Shown here piece by piece: positions 8,672-16,736 of a stretch of 64,000 nucleotides of DNA; positions within the stretch are counted from its first letter, which is position 1, and each line of letters begins with the position of its first letter. The translations under genes and the position numbers were made by a program. The DNA lies in assembly GCA_045651465.1 (NCBI GenBank), contig JAZRSG010000027.1:679-64678 (forward strand). The letters run 5' to 3'. The DNA is from Christensenellaceae bacterium. GTDB lineage: Bacteria > Bacillota > Clostridia > Christensenellales > Borkfalkiaceae. The notes under the pieces were generated by a model, which searched no databases, was not told where the DNA came from, and saw nothing but the letters and a program-made list of their open reading frames with translations.

Positions 8672-10540
8672 ATGCTAAAAAAAGTTTCCGAATTCTTAAC
8701 GAGTATTTTAATGACTGCGATAAGTGGTGCGTTATTATTGTTCAGTTTTTTATTTCCCATATTATTTGATATTGAATTACCGATTTATCTAGATACCGCG
8801 TGGCTAACCGTATTTATATCGGGACTTCCTCTCGTTATCGGCGCGGTAAGGAAAATTGTTAAAAACAAAGGTATAAGCAAGATTTCATCTTCGTTGCTTA
8901 TTTCGATAGCGATGATTGCCGCAATAATAATAGGAGATTTATTTGCGGCGGGCGAAGTTGCTTTTATTATGGCGGTCGGTGAGATTTTAGAAGATAAAAC
9001 GACCGATAGGGCGAAACGTGGATTAAAAGATTTAATCAGTCTTGTTCCAGATACCGCGAGAAAGATTTTTGAAGAAGAAAGTAACGAAGTATTAACAAAC
9101 GATCTAAACGTGGGCGACGTGATAAGGGTTTTACCCGGAGAAACGATTCCAGTTGATGGGGTGATAATCAAAGGGCAAACGTCAGTTGACCAGTCGGTTA
9201 TAACTGGTGAGTCTTTGCCTATTGACAAAGAAGAAGGAGATAAAGTTTTTTCCGGCACGATAAATAGATTTGGCGTTATAGAAGTAAGGGTAGAAAAGGT
9301 AGTTAAAGATTCTTCTATACAAAAACTTATAAATCTTATAAAGAAAGCCGAAGAAAATAAAGCGCCCACGCAAAGAATTGCGGATAAATGGGCAAGTTGG
9401 TTAGTGCCGTTATCTTTGCTAATCGCAATCGTTTCGGGTGTTGTTATGAAGGATTTGATTGTTGCGGTTACGGTGCTTGTAGTATTTTGTCCTTGCGCGC
9501 TCGTGTTGGCGACTCCAACCGCGATTATGGCGGCGATAGGTCAAGCGACAAAACACGGCGTAATTATCAAATCAGGCGAAGCGCTAGAGAAAATGGGCAA
9601 AGTCAACGCTATAGCATTTGATAAAACGGGAACGATTACCACGGGAAAACTTGAGGTTTCTAACGTTATAAATTACGTAAACGATATAGACGTTCTATCT
9701 ATATCAGCGTCAATAGAAAGCGTGAGCGAACATCCTATAGGAAAGGCAATTGCAAATTATGCAAAAGAGCAAAGCACAAAGATTTACGATTGCGAGAATT
9801 TTTCAATGAAAGTTGGAAAAGGTGTTTCGGGAATTGTTTCGGGTAAGAGATATCATTGCGGCCAGATAAAATATCTAGAAGACTTTGGAATTACTCTTAA
9901 TAAAAAGCAAGAAAAGGACGTTGATATTCTTAAAGACGAAGGTAAGGCGGTCGTAATAGTCAGTGACGATAAGACGGTTGTTGGAATAGTTGCCTTAAGC
10001 GATACGTTAAAAGACGGAGTTGATGAGGTTATAGAAGAAATTTCTCAATTAGGAGTTCAAACTTTCTTATTAACTGGTGATAATAATTCGGCAGCTCAAT
10101 ATGTTGGTAAACAAGTCAAAATTGATCAAATAAGAGCCGAGCTTATGCCCGAACAAAAGTTGCAAGTGGTAAACGAACTAAAAGCTAATGGAAAAACAGT
10201 GTGCGTAGTAGGCGACGGGGTTAATGATGCTCCGGCGTTAAAGACGGCGGACGTGGGCGTTGCAATGGGCACGTTTGGAAGCGATATGGCAATAGACGCG
10301 GCGGACGTTGCGCTTATGGGCGACGATATTAAGAAAGTGTCGTATCTGAAAAAACTGTCTAAAGTAACGGTAAGAACTATAAAATTTGGAATTGCTCTTT
10401 CAATGATAATAAACGTTACGGCGATAGTACTATCAGTTTTGGGTTTATTAAATCCTACGACTGGTGCACTAGTACATAACGGCGGTTCGTTTGTCGTAAT
10501 ACTAATAGCAATGTTACTATACGATAGAAAAATTAAATAG
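8672..10540 (+). CDS. heavy-metal translocating P1B-type ATPase without an N-terminal metal-binding domain
   Basis: CPC transmembrane motif, DKTGT phosphorylation site, TGD and GDGVNDAP motifs. Start set at the ATG at 8672, preceded by GGAGGG. Confidence 0.85.
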   Translation: MLKKVSEFLTSILMTAISGALLLFSFLFPILFDIELPIYLDTAWLTVFISGLPLVIGAVRKIVKNKGISKISSSLLISIAMIAAIIIGDLFAAGEVAFIMAVGEILEDKTTDRAKRGLKDLISLVPDTARKIFEEESNEVLTNDLNVGDVIRVLPGETIPVDGVIIKGQTSVDQSVITGESLPIDKEEGDKVFSGTINRFGVIEVRVEKVVKDSSIQKLINLIKKAEENKAPTQRIADKWASWLVPLSLLIAIVSGVVMKDLIVAVTVLVVFCPCALVLATPTAIMAAIGQATKHGVIIKSGEALEKMGKVNAIAFDKTGTITTGKLEVSNVINYVNDIDVLSISASIESVSEHPIGKAIANYAKEQSTKIYDCENFSMKVGKGVSGIVSGKRYHCGQIKYLEDFGITLNKKQEKDVDILKDEGKAVVIVSDDKTVVGIVALSDTLKDGVDEVIEEISQLGVQTFLLTGDNNSAAQYVGKQVKIDQIRAELMPEQKLQVVNELKANGKTVCVVGDGVNDAPALKTADVGVAMGTFGSDMAIDAADVALMGDDIKKVSYLKKLSKVTVRTIKFGIALSMIINVTAIVLSVLGLLNPTTGALVHNGGSFVVILIAMLLYDRKIK

Positions 10541-10547
10541 AAATAAT

Positions 10548-10572
10548 AAAAGGACGGTAATCCGTCCTTTTA
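10548..10572 (+). terminator. rho-independent terminator after the ATPase
   Basis: AGGACGG/CCGTCCT stem followed by a T-run. Confidence 0.7.
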
Positions 10573-10678
10573 ATATTATAGTTAAATTTGTGAGCCGACT
10601 TGTATCAAGGCAAGCACACGACATGGCGCAAATAATAAATTTTGAGTTCATTTTATTGTTTTGAGATATGGATATATA

Positions 10679-10707
10679 TTGAAATTTTTGTGATTTTATG
10701 CTATAAT
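10679..10707 (+). promoter_or_regulatory. sigma-A type promoter of the PD-(D/E)XK gene
   Basis: TTGAAA, 17 nt spacer, TATAAT. AGGAG RBS at 10728-10732. Confidence 0.55.
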
Positions 10708-10738
10708 AAATCTCAAATTGAAAAAGTAGGAGTTTGCT

Positions 10739-11938
10739 ATGAACGACGACATAACAAAAGTAGAGCAAGCACTTAAAGATTTTTTATTAGATATTCAATG
10801 TCTTGACGATTTAGAACAAGTTGATACTTTTAATTTTTTTGATGTTTTAAAAGTATCAAAAATGGAAATTCGCCATAGTAATGTTATTTCGTGGTTGTTA
10901 GACCCTAATGAAAATCATGGGTTTGGAAAAAAAATCTTATCAGCTTTAAATTCTTTTATAGCCAAAATGTTTTGTACTAATGATACAACTACGAGTTTTA
11001 AACTTCTTACCATGAATTACAACGATATTTTGCTATATCGAGAATGGCAAAATATTGATATTTTAGTTGAGTCTAAAGAATTTAAGTATATTTTGTGTAT
11101 TGAAAATAAGTTTGGTAGTCAAGAGCATGATGACCAATTAAATAGATATTATGATATAATAGAAGATAAATATGGTAAAGATTATACAAAAATGTATTTA
11201 TATCTTTCTCCAGAAGGAAATCCACCAGTAAATGATAATAATGGAGTATGGAATCCTATTAAATATGAAACTATTATATCCATTATTGAAAATGAAATGA
11301 GAAAAACAACATTGGAACTAAGACGGAAAGAATTTATACAAAGCTACGTTGATATTTTAAGGAGAGAAACTATGGATGATACAAAAATTATTGAAATTTG
11401 TCAAGAGATATATAGAAAGCATAAGGATGCCTTAGATTTAATTTACGAACATAGACCTGATAGATTACAAAATTTATTTGAAATACTTAAAGAATGGTGT
11501 AAAAATAAACATGATAATGGTGATATAATTTTTGTAGAACATAAAAGTTCAAAATCATACTGTCGATTTAGAACTGCACAAATGGATAGAAATATAAATG
11601 ATAGTTCAGCTGTTAGTGGGTGGGGAACAAATAATCATTATTTTTATGAAATATGTACATATACTGACAAGAGTGGTATTATAAAATATTGGATTCAGTT
11701 AGCATTTAGTGCACAAAATCTTGACAAACAAGAAAAGGAGCATTTAGAAAATATTGATGGACTGTTTAATAGTAAAAAAATGAAAGAAAATTGGCAGTGG
11801 AGAACGGTACATAAAACTAAAACTATTTCCATTAACGACATTGATACACATTTAAATGAAGAGGAAATTTATGAAAATCTTGACAATGCATTTAAGGAGT
11901 TGTTAAAAAAAGAAGAGAAGATTTTAACCTTAAAATAA
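10739..11938 (+). CDS. PD-(D/E)XK nuclease superfamily protein with an uncharacterised C-terminal domain
   Basis: EIRHSNVISWLLDPNENHGFG, then DILVE and CIENK (D...E.K-type core). Markedly more AT-rich than the flanking genes. Confidence 0.6.
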   Translation: MNDDITKVEQALKDFLLDIQCLDDLEQVDTFNFFDVLKVSKMEIRHSNVISWLLDPNENHGFGKKILSALNSFIAKMFCTNDTTTSFKLLTMNYNDILLYREWQNIDILVESKEFKYILCIENKFGSQEHDDQLNRYYDIIEDKYGKDYTKMYLYLSPEGNPPVNDNNGVWNPIKYETIISIIENEMRKTTLELRRKEFIQSYVDILRRETMDDTKIIEICQEIYRKHKDALDLIYEHRPDRLQNLFEILKEWCKNKHDNGDIIFVEHKSSKSYCRFRTAQMDRNINDSSAVSGWGTNNHYFYEICTYTDKSGIIKYWIQLAFSAQNLDKQEKEHLENIDGLFNSKKMKENWQWRTVHKTKTISINDIDTHLNEEEIYENLDNAFKELLKKEEKILTLK

Positions 11939-12004
11939 ATAATAGCATTATTACTGAATTTATAGGGTGGGCTTTGTGTCCTGCCCTTAATTTTTTGCAA
12001 AGAA

Positions 12005-12043
12005 AAAAAGATAAGCAAATCTATGTTCGATTTACTTATCTTT
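12005..12043 (-). terminator. terminator of tRNA-Glu
   Basis: AAGATAAG.AAATC/GATTT.CTTATCTT stem followed by a T-run on the minus strand. Confidence 0.6.
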
Positions 12044-12118
12044 TGGCACCCCCAAGGAGAATCGAACTCCTGATTCCGCCGTGAGAGGGCGGCGTCTTAA
12101 CCGCTTGACCATGAGGGC
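12044..12118 (-). tRNA. tRNA-Glu (anticodon CUC)
   Basis: Cloverleaf folded by hand: anticodon stem CCGCC/GGCGG, loop CTCTCAC, T-arm AGGAG-TTCGATT-CTCCT, encoded CCA. Confidence 0.9.
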
Positions 12119-12173
12119 ACGTCGCAACAAACTTCGCTCAAAACAATTTGTTAATGCAAGTTATTACGTTGAT

Positions 12174-12202
12174 ATTCTAGCACAACCTTTTCGTTTTTGC
12201 AA
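12174..12202 (-). promoter_or_regulatory. sigma-A type promoter of tRNA-Glu
   Basis: Minus strand reads TTGCAA, 17 nt spacer, TAGAAT, about 55 nt upstream of the tRNA. Confidence 0.5.
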
Positions 12203-12432
12203 ACGATTACGTATGATTTTAAAAAAAAGACCTGCATTGGCCGACGAAAAAGAAAATAATAACCCGTTTTGTCAACAGGCGAATGTCGCGCGTATCGCTT
12301 CTGCATCTCTTATTTAGCGACCGGAATTAACGTCGGTCAAGAGCTCCGCTGTTCGACAACTAACAACGACTTTCTTTATTATTATCTGTGGATTTTTTTT
12401 GCTTTTTCTATCGCACCATGAAGGCTAATATT

Positions 12433-12461
12433 ATTGTACCAAATATTTGAGGATATAGCAA
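12433..12461 (-). promoter_or_regulatory. second minus-strand promoter, back to back with the comEC promoter
   Basis: Minus strand reads TTGCTA, 17 nt spacer, TACAAT. It would transcribe the structured region 12243-12413. Confidence 0.4.
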
Positions 12462-12469
12462 TGATTAGA

Positions 12470-12498
12470 TTGACATTTTATTGCAGATATCATAAAAT
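12470..12498 (+). promoter_or_regulatory. sigma-A type promoter of comEC
   Basis: TTGACA, 17 nt spacer, TAAAAT. Confidence 0.5.
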
Positions 12499-12528
12499 TT
12501 TATCGTAAAAAGGTGTTTTGGAGTAAAG

Positions 12529-14673
12529 ATGAAATCGTTTGTAAATCTTAGGCTTATTTTCTTTATTGCAATAAGTCTATGTTTAGGGATTGGATTTTAT
12601 GGTGCTATCGCGCTCTTTTCAAGCTTATCGGGCGTTCTCGTTGCGATAAGTTTTGTTATGCTTTGCTCGGCTTTTATTATCTTGTTTATTAAAAAACTAG
12701 GGACGAAAAGAACGCTATCGTTTATAGGGGTGTTTATAATCTTTTTTACGCTTGGCTCATTTTTGGTTGGTGGTCAAATTACGTCGTTCGAAAACGCCAA
12801 CTTAAATTCGCATTACTATCAAATTACGGCTAGGATTGACCAGATAAGTTCAACGATAGATGGAGAGAAACTGCTATTAACCGACGTTAACGTCAAAGGA
12901 AATATCGACGAGAATTTGGATTATAAAATTTCGCTTTACGTGGAAGGCAAAACTTACTTAGATATAGGAGATAAAATATATTTTTCTTCAAAACTAAAAG
13001 ATAAATCTACCATCTACTCTGATAGAGTAATGGTGGAAGATATAAGCGATAAGGTAAAATATACTGCAAATATAACCGCTGATCAAATTATGCTCGTCCA
13101 TCAAGAGAAAACGATCTTTCAGCACGTAAACGTGTTCATAAGAGATTCTCTTAAAGAGGGACTTGAGGATAACGAGTTTAGCATTGCATACGCGTTATTG
13201 CTTGGAAACGACGATTATATGGACGAGCAAGTTCTTTCTTCGTATAGGGCGGCGGGCGTTGCTCATATTTTCGCCGTTTCAGGATTACATATAGGCTTCT
13301 TGTCGATGGCGCTAAATTTTGTGCTAAAGAAGTGCGGGGTTAAGACGTGGATAAAAGCAATAGTTATTATACCCGTTCTCTTTTTCTATTCGGGAGTATG
13401 TGGGTTTAGCGCGTCGTCGATTAGGGCAGCTATTATGGCGACGGTTATGCTTTTAGTTTCAATAAAAGGGGAAAGGTACGACGGACTATCTTCGCTGTCA
13501 ATCGCGGCTATAATCTTACTGCTAATAAACCCGATGGAAATGTTTAGGGTGGGTTTTATATTGTCGTTTGGCGTCGTTTTGGGAATCGTAGTTTTATCCG
13601 AGCCTATATCGCGTCTATTGAAATTTATGCCCGAAAAAATCGCATCGACGTTTGGAACGGTGTTGTCTGCGCAAATAGTAGGAATGCCCATTTGCTTGAT
13701 GTTCTTTGGAAAGTTCTCGGTTGTTGCAATAATAGCGAACGTTTTATTTATTCCTATCGTTAGCGCTATTTTTATCGCCTTATTATTTATGGCACTATTC
13801 GGCGGAATATTCGGCATTTCGTTTATTACGCTATTTGTACCAAACTACGTTATAAAAGCGTTAAATTTCTTGATTACCGCGGTCGATACAGAAGCGCTTA
13901 TGGTGGGCGGATTTTCGCTTTTTGGTTTCGTGATTTTCTATTATTTGGCAGTAATTATTTGTTCGGGGTTAATAAATTTAAGGTTTATAACAAAACTTGT
14001 CACGAGTATACTTTGTATAGTTATTTGTATAATAGGAACTATCATATGCAACGTTAAAGAAAACAATTCCACCAAACTTTTCGTTACGGGATCACAAAAC
14101 GTTTGCGCTTCAATCTTGAGCGAAGGGCAAACGAATACGCTAATAATAAATAGCATAAATCCTAATTTATACTCGTCGAGTAAACTTAACGCTCTTGCTA
14201 ATAAAAGTGGCGTTAAATCTTTAGACGCGGTAATCTTTTGTGGGGATAATTACGATTATCATGCAGTAATTACTAAAATTAATAATATCTTTGATATTAA
14301 AAACGTCTACTATTATGGGGACAAAGAGGAATTGACTGAAAAGGTTATAACTAAATCGTTCCCGGGGATACGAATTACTAACTTGTATTCTAATCAATCG
14401 ATTGAAGTTGGAAAATGGACGATTGATTACTTTACTAACGGCGATGGCGCTATGCTAAGTAGAAACGATCAAGACTTACTTTTTCTCACCGAAACGGATA
14501 GATTAAACATTGATAAACTCACCTTTAATCAAGTGTATGAAAAAGTAATCGCTATCGATAGCATCGAGTGGCTAGATTCGCTTTTATCAAAAGGGAAGAT
14601 GATAAGTTATCGCTCGAACGCATATTTTGACGATGCAGAAAGCCAAGGCATAGTGGTTTTAAGACTAGGGTAA
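12529..14673 (+). CDS. comEC: ComEC/Rec2 family DNA internalisation protein
   Basis: 714 aa. N-terminal OB-like region, polytopic competence domain, C-terminal beta-lactamase-like domain with degenerate motifs. Followed by holA, as in Bacillus. Confidence 0.85.
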   Translation: MKSFVNLRLIFFIAISLCLGIGFYGAIALFSSLSGVLVAISFVMLCSAFIILFIKKLGTKRTLSFIGVFIIFFTLGSFLVGGQITSFENANLNSHYYQITARIDQISSTIDGEKLLLTDVNVKGNIDENLDYKISLYVEGKTYLDIGDKIYFSSKLKDKSTIYSDRVMVEDISDKVKYTANITADQIMLVHQEKTIFQHVNVFIRDSLKEGLEDNEFSIAYALLLGNDDYMDEQVLSSYRAAGVAHIFAVSGLHIGFLSMALNFVLKKCGVKTWIKAIVIIPVLFFYSGVCGFSASSIRAAIMATVMLLVSIKGERYDGLSSLSIAAIILLLINPMEMFRVGFILSFGVVLGIVVLSEPISRLLKFMPEKIASTFGTVLSAQIVGMPICLMFFGKFSVVAIIANVLFIPIVSAIFIALLFMALFGGIFGISFITLFVPNYVIKALNFLITAVDTEALMVGGFSLFGFVIFYYLAVIICSGLINLRFITKLVTSILCIVICIIGTIICNVKENNSTKLFVTGSQNVCASILSEGQTNTLIINSINPNLYSSSKLNALANKSGVKSLDAVIFCGDNYDYHAVITKINNIFDIKNVYYYGDKEELTEKVITKSFPGIRITNLYSNQSIEVGKWTIDYFTNGDGAMLSRNDQDLLFLTETDRLNIDKLTFNQVYEKVIAIDSIEWLDSLLSKGKMISYRSNAYFDDAESQGIVVLRLG

Positions 14674-14759
14674 AAAGTAATTTATTATTTAAATAAATAA
14701 TATTTCAAAGATTATTGTTGCAAAACTTAATAAAAAATGGTATTATGTAAAATGGAATT

Positions 14760-15731
14760 ATGTATGTGAAGTTCTTAGAGTTTAAAAAGGTTTTGACCGA
14801 AGAAAAAAGGTTTACCACATATCTTTTTGAGGGGGAGGACGTGTTCTTTAGGGAGCGCGGACTTTGTGCGCTTAAATCTTTGGTTCAAAATCCCGAACTC
14901 AACTTCGTTTCTTTAGACGGCGACAGCACCGAAAGTCAAATATTGTCATCGGTTACGGCGTATCCGTTTATGAGTGATATTAGATTGACTTGTATACGCG
15001 AGTTTTATCCTAAAGCTGAAGAGCTTAAAGGAAGTCTTGGGGAGTTTATTAAGGGCGAATATGATGGTAGCGCGCTAGTAATTTTAAACTCAAAGCCTTG
15101 CGAACAACTTAAAAAAATCCAATCTATATTGACGGTTGATTGTAATAAGGCGGAAATATACGTAATCGTGAAATGGATAATTGCCGAATGCAATAGGAAT
15201 TCGGTTAGAATAGATAACGATACTGCAAGATTGATTGCTGAATTTTGTTCTTCGGATATGACGAGAATAGAAACCGAAACGAACAAACTTATTTCTACCG
15301 TGGGGGACGGCGGTCAGATAACGACAGAATTAGCTAGTCAAATGGTTGCAAGAGATACCGAGTATAAGATTTACGAGCTTACCGATTTTATTGCAAAAAA
15401 GAAATTTGACGATGCGCTTAAAATTATAGAAGATATGTTGTCTAAAGGTGAAACGATGCAACGCATAATCGTTTACGTGTACAACTATTTTAGAAGACTT
15501 TTGCACGCGGCGATAAGCGGAAAGACGGTGAGTGAACTTGCCGAACTTCTCGGAGTGAAGGAATTTGCCGTAAAAAAAATAATAGCCCAAGCTAGTGCGT
15601 TTAAGAAACGTGCGCTAAAAAGTGCGGTAGATTTATTGATTGATACCGATTATATGATAAAGAGTGGTCGGGCGGACGCGGATTCGTCGTGTTGGACTAC
15701 GCTTTTTAAGATAATGACAGAAAACGACTAA
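14760..15731 (+). CDS. holA: DNA polymerase III delta subunit
   Basis: 323 aa, delta-like sequence, conserved position after comEC. Very short leader after promoter TTGCAA-17-TATTAT (14718-14746). Confidence 0.8.
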   Translation: MYVKFLEFKKVLTEEKRFTTYLFEGEDVFFRERGLCALKSLVQNPELNFVSLDGDSTESQILSSVTAYPFMSDIRLTCIREFYPKAEELKGSLGEFIKGEYDGSALVILNSKPCEQLKKIQSILTVDCNKAEIYVIVKWIIAECNRNSVRIDNDTARLIAEFCSSDMTRIETETNKLISTVGDGGQITTELASQMVARDTEYKIYELTDFIAKKKFDDALKIIEDMLSKGETMQRIIVYVYNYFRRLLHAAISGKTVSELAELLGVKEFAVKKIIAQASAFKKRALKSAVDLLIDTDYMIKSGRADADSSCWTTLFKIMTEND

Positions 15732-15748
15732 AAAAATAAGGAGCAAAA

Positions 15749-16582
15749 ATGGGACTTGTAGAAAAACTAGCCAGTGTATGGGCGTATTTCACGAGTAGCC
15801 TAGAAGTTGAAGTGGCTACTTTGGTAAGCATCGTCGTGTTTACCGTGTTATATTTTTATCTCATTCGCTTTTTAATTGCGAATAATTCGACGGCGCTCGT
15901 TATATTATTCGTGTTTGCAATGGTGATAGGCGCGGTAATTTTATCTTTCGTTGAAAATATTAACTGCGCGATTTACTTAATTATCCCCGCAATGTTTATA
16001 ATTGCCACGGTAATTTTATATTCTGTCGAAATCAAACGTCTTTTATGGGCAAGGCGTAGCTTAAAGCTTGCCGACATTAAACACGGCGATGGAATTTCTT
16101 ACGACGAAGAGAAGATCCAAAACTGTATTTCGGAAATTATTAAAGCACTCCAAAACATGTCAAAAAACGACGTGGGCGCAATAGTCGTACTTTCAACGGG
16201 GAACGTTCCAAATCAAATTTTGGACAGTGGTGTACGTTTAGATAGCGATATCTCAAGCGAACTTATAGAGAGCGTTTTCTTTCCCAAGACTCCGCTTCAC
16301 GACGGCGCAATGATTATTAACGGTACGAAGATCGTTGCTGCAGGTTGTTTTTTACCGCTTTCTCAAAACGTGGATAATATCCCTAAAGATTTGGGAACTA
16401 GACACCGCGCGGGTATCGGTGTTACTGAGACTATTGACGTAATTTCTTTAATAGTATCAGAAGAAACTGGTATTATTTCGGTTGCAAGAGCTGGTAAAAT
16501 CGTTCGTTACGCCGATCCTGAAATGCTTAAGAAGACTCTTGGCAGATACTATTGGCAAGAACTAGAAAGCGCAAGGAGATAA
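15749..16582 (+). CDS. cdaA: diadenylate cyclase CdaA
   Basis: Three N-terminal TM helices plus a DAC domain with DGAMII and RHRAGIG motifs. Confidence 0.9.
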   Translation: MGLVEKLASVWAYFTSSLEVEVATLVSIVVFTVLYFYLIRFLIANNSTALVILFVFAMVIGAVILSFVENINCAIYLIIPAMFIIATVILYSVEIKRLLWARRSLKLADIKHGDGISYDEEKIQNCISEIIKALQNMSKNDVGAIVVLSTGNVPNQILDSGVRLDSDISSELIESVFFPKTPLHDGAMIINGTKIVAAGCFLPLSQNVDNIPKDLGTRHRAGIGVTETIDVISLIVSEETGIISVARAGKIVRYADPEMLKKTLGRYYWQELESARR

Positions 16583-16585
16583 GAT

Positions 16586-16726
16586 ATGGAAAATAGAAAT
16601 ATTCAAAATCAAAACGAAAATGGCGAAAGAAGCAAAGCGAAAGCCTTTTGGAAAACGGTTGGTTTAATAGCTATCGCACTAACGCTTTCAGTTTTAACGG
16701 TCGTAGTAATGAATCTCAATAGGTAG
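16586..16726 (+). CDS. 46-aa single-pass membrane peptide (not in the ORF track)
   Basis: AAGGAG RBS 7 nt upstream of the ATG. MENRNIQNQNENGERSKAKAFWKTVGLIAIALTLSVLTVVVMNLNR has one clear TM helix. Confidence 0.45.
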   Translation: MENRNIQNQNENGERSKAKAFWKTVGLIAIALTLSVLTVVVMNLNR

Positions 16727-16736
16727 GACTATTTAA

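Noticed and set aside
8785-9369. Long antisense ORFs inside the large genes. Examples are 8785-9369, 13386-13817, 16997-17470, 23102-23506, 31847-32308, 36375-36914 and 61866-62243.
   Set aside because: They lie opposite well-supported conserved CDSs, have Ser/Pro/Ile-rich shadow-frame composition, and lack RBS or recognisable motifs.
10573-10738. A direct repeat of the tRNA-Glu 3-prime end that would delimit the PD-(D/E)XK islet as an integrated element.
   Set aside because: Only trivial matches (TGGCGC versus TGGCAC) were found, so no att-like repeat can be supported by eye.
12081-12317. 78-aa plus-strand ORF.
   Set aside because: It starts inside tRNA-Glu on the opposite strand, is Arg-rich from reading tRNA sequence, and has no RBS.
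12230-12425. Identification of the structured region upstream of tRNA-Glu as 6S RNA or SRP RNA.
   Set aside because: There is some 6S-like end pairing and an AAAGTC..TGTTAG..TTGT start. However, there is no SRP GGAA/GNAR apical motif and no clear central bubble, the paired core is only about 140 nt, and no clear intrinsic terminator is present. It is kept only as an unnamed candidate.
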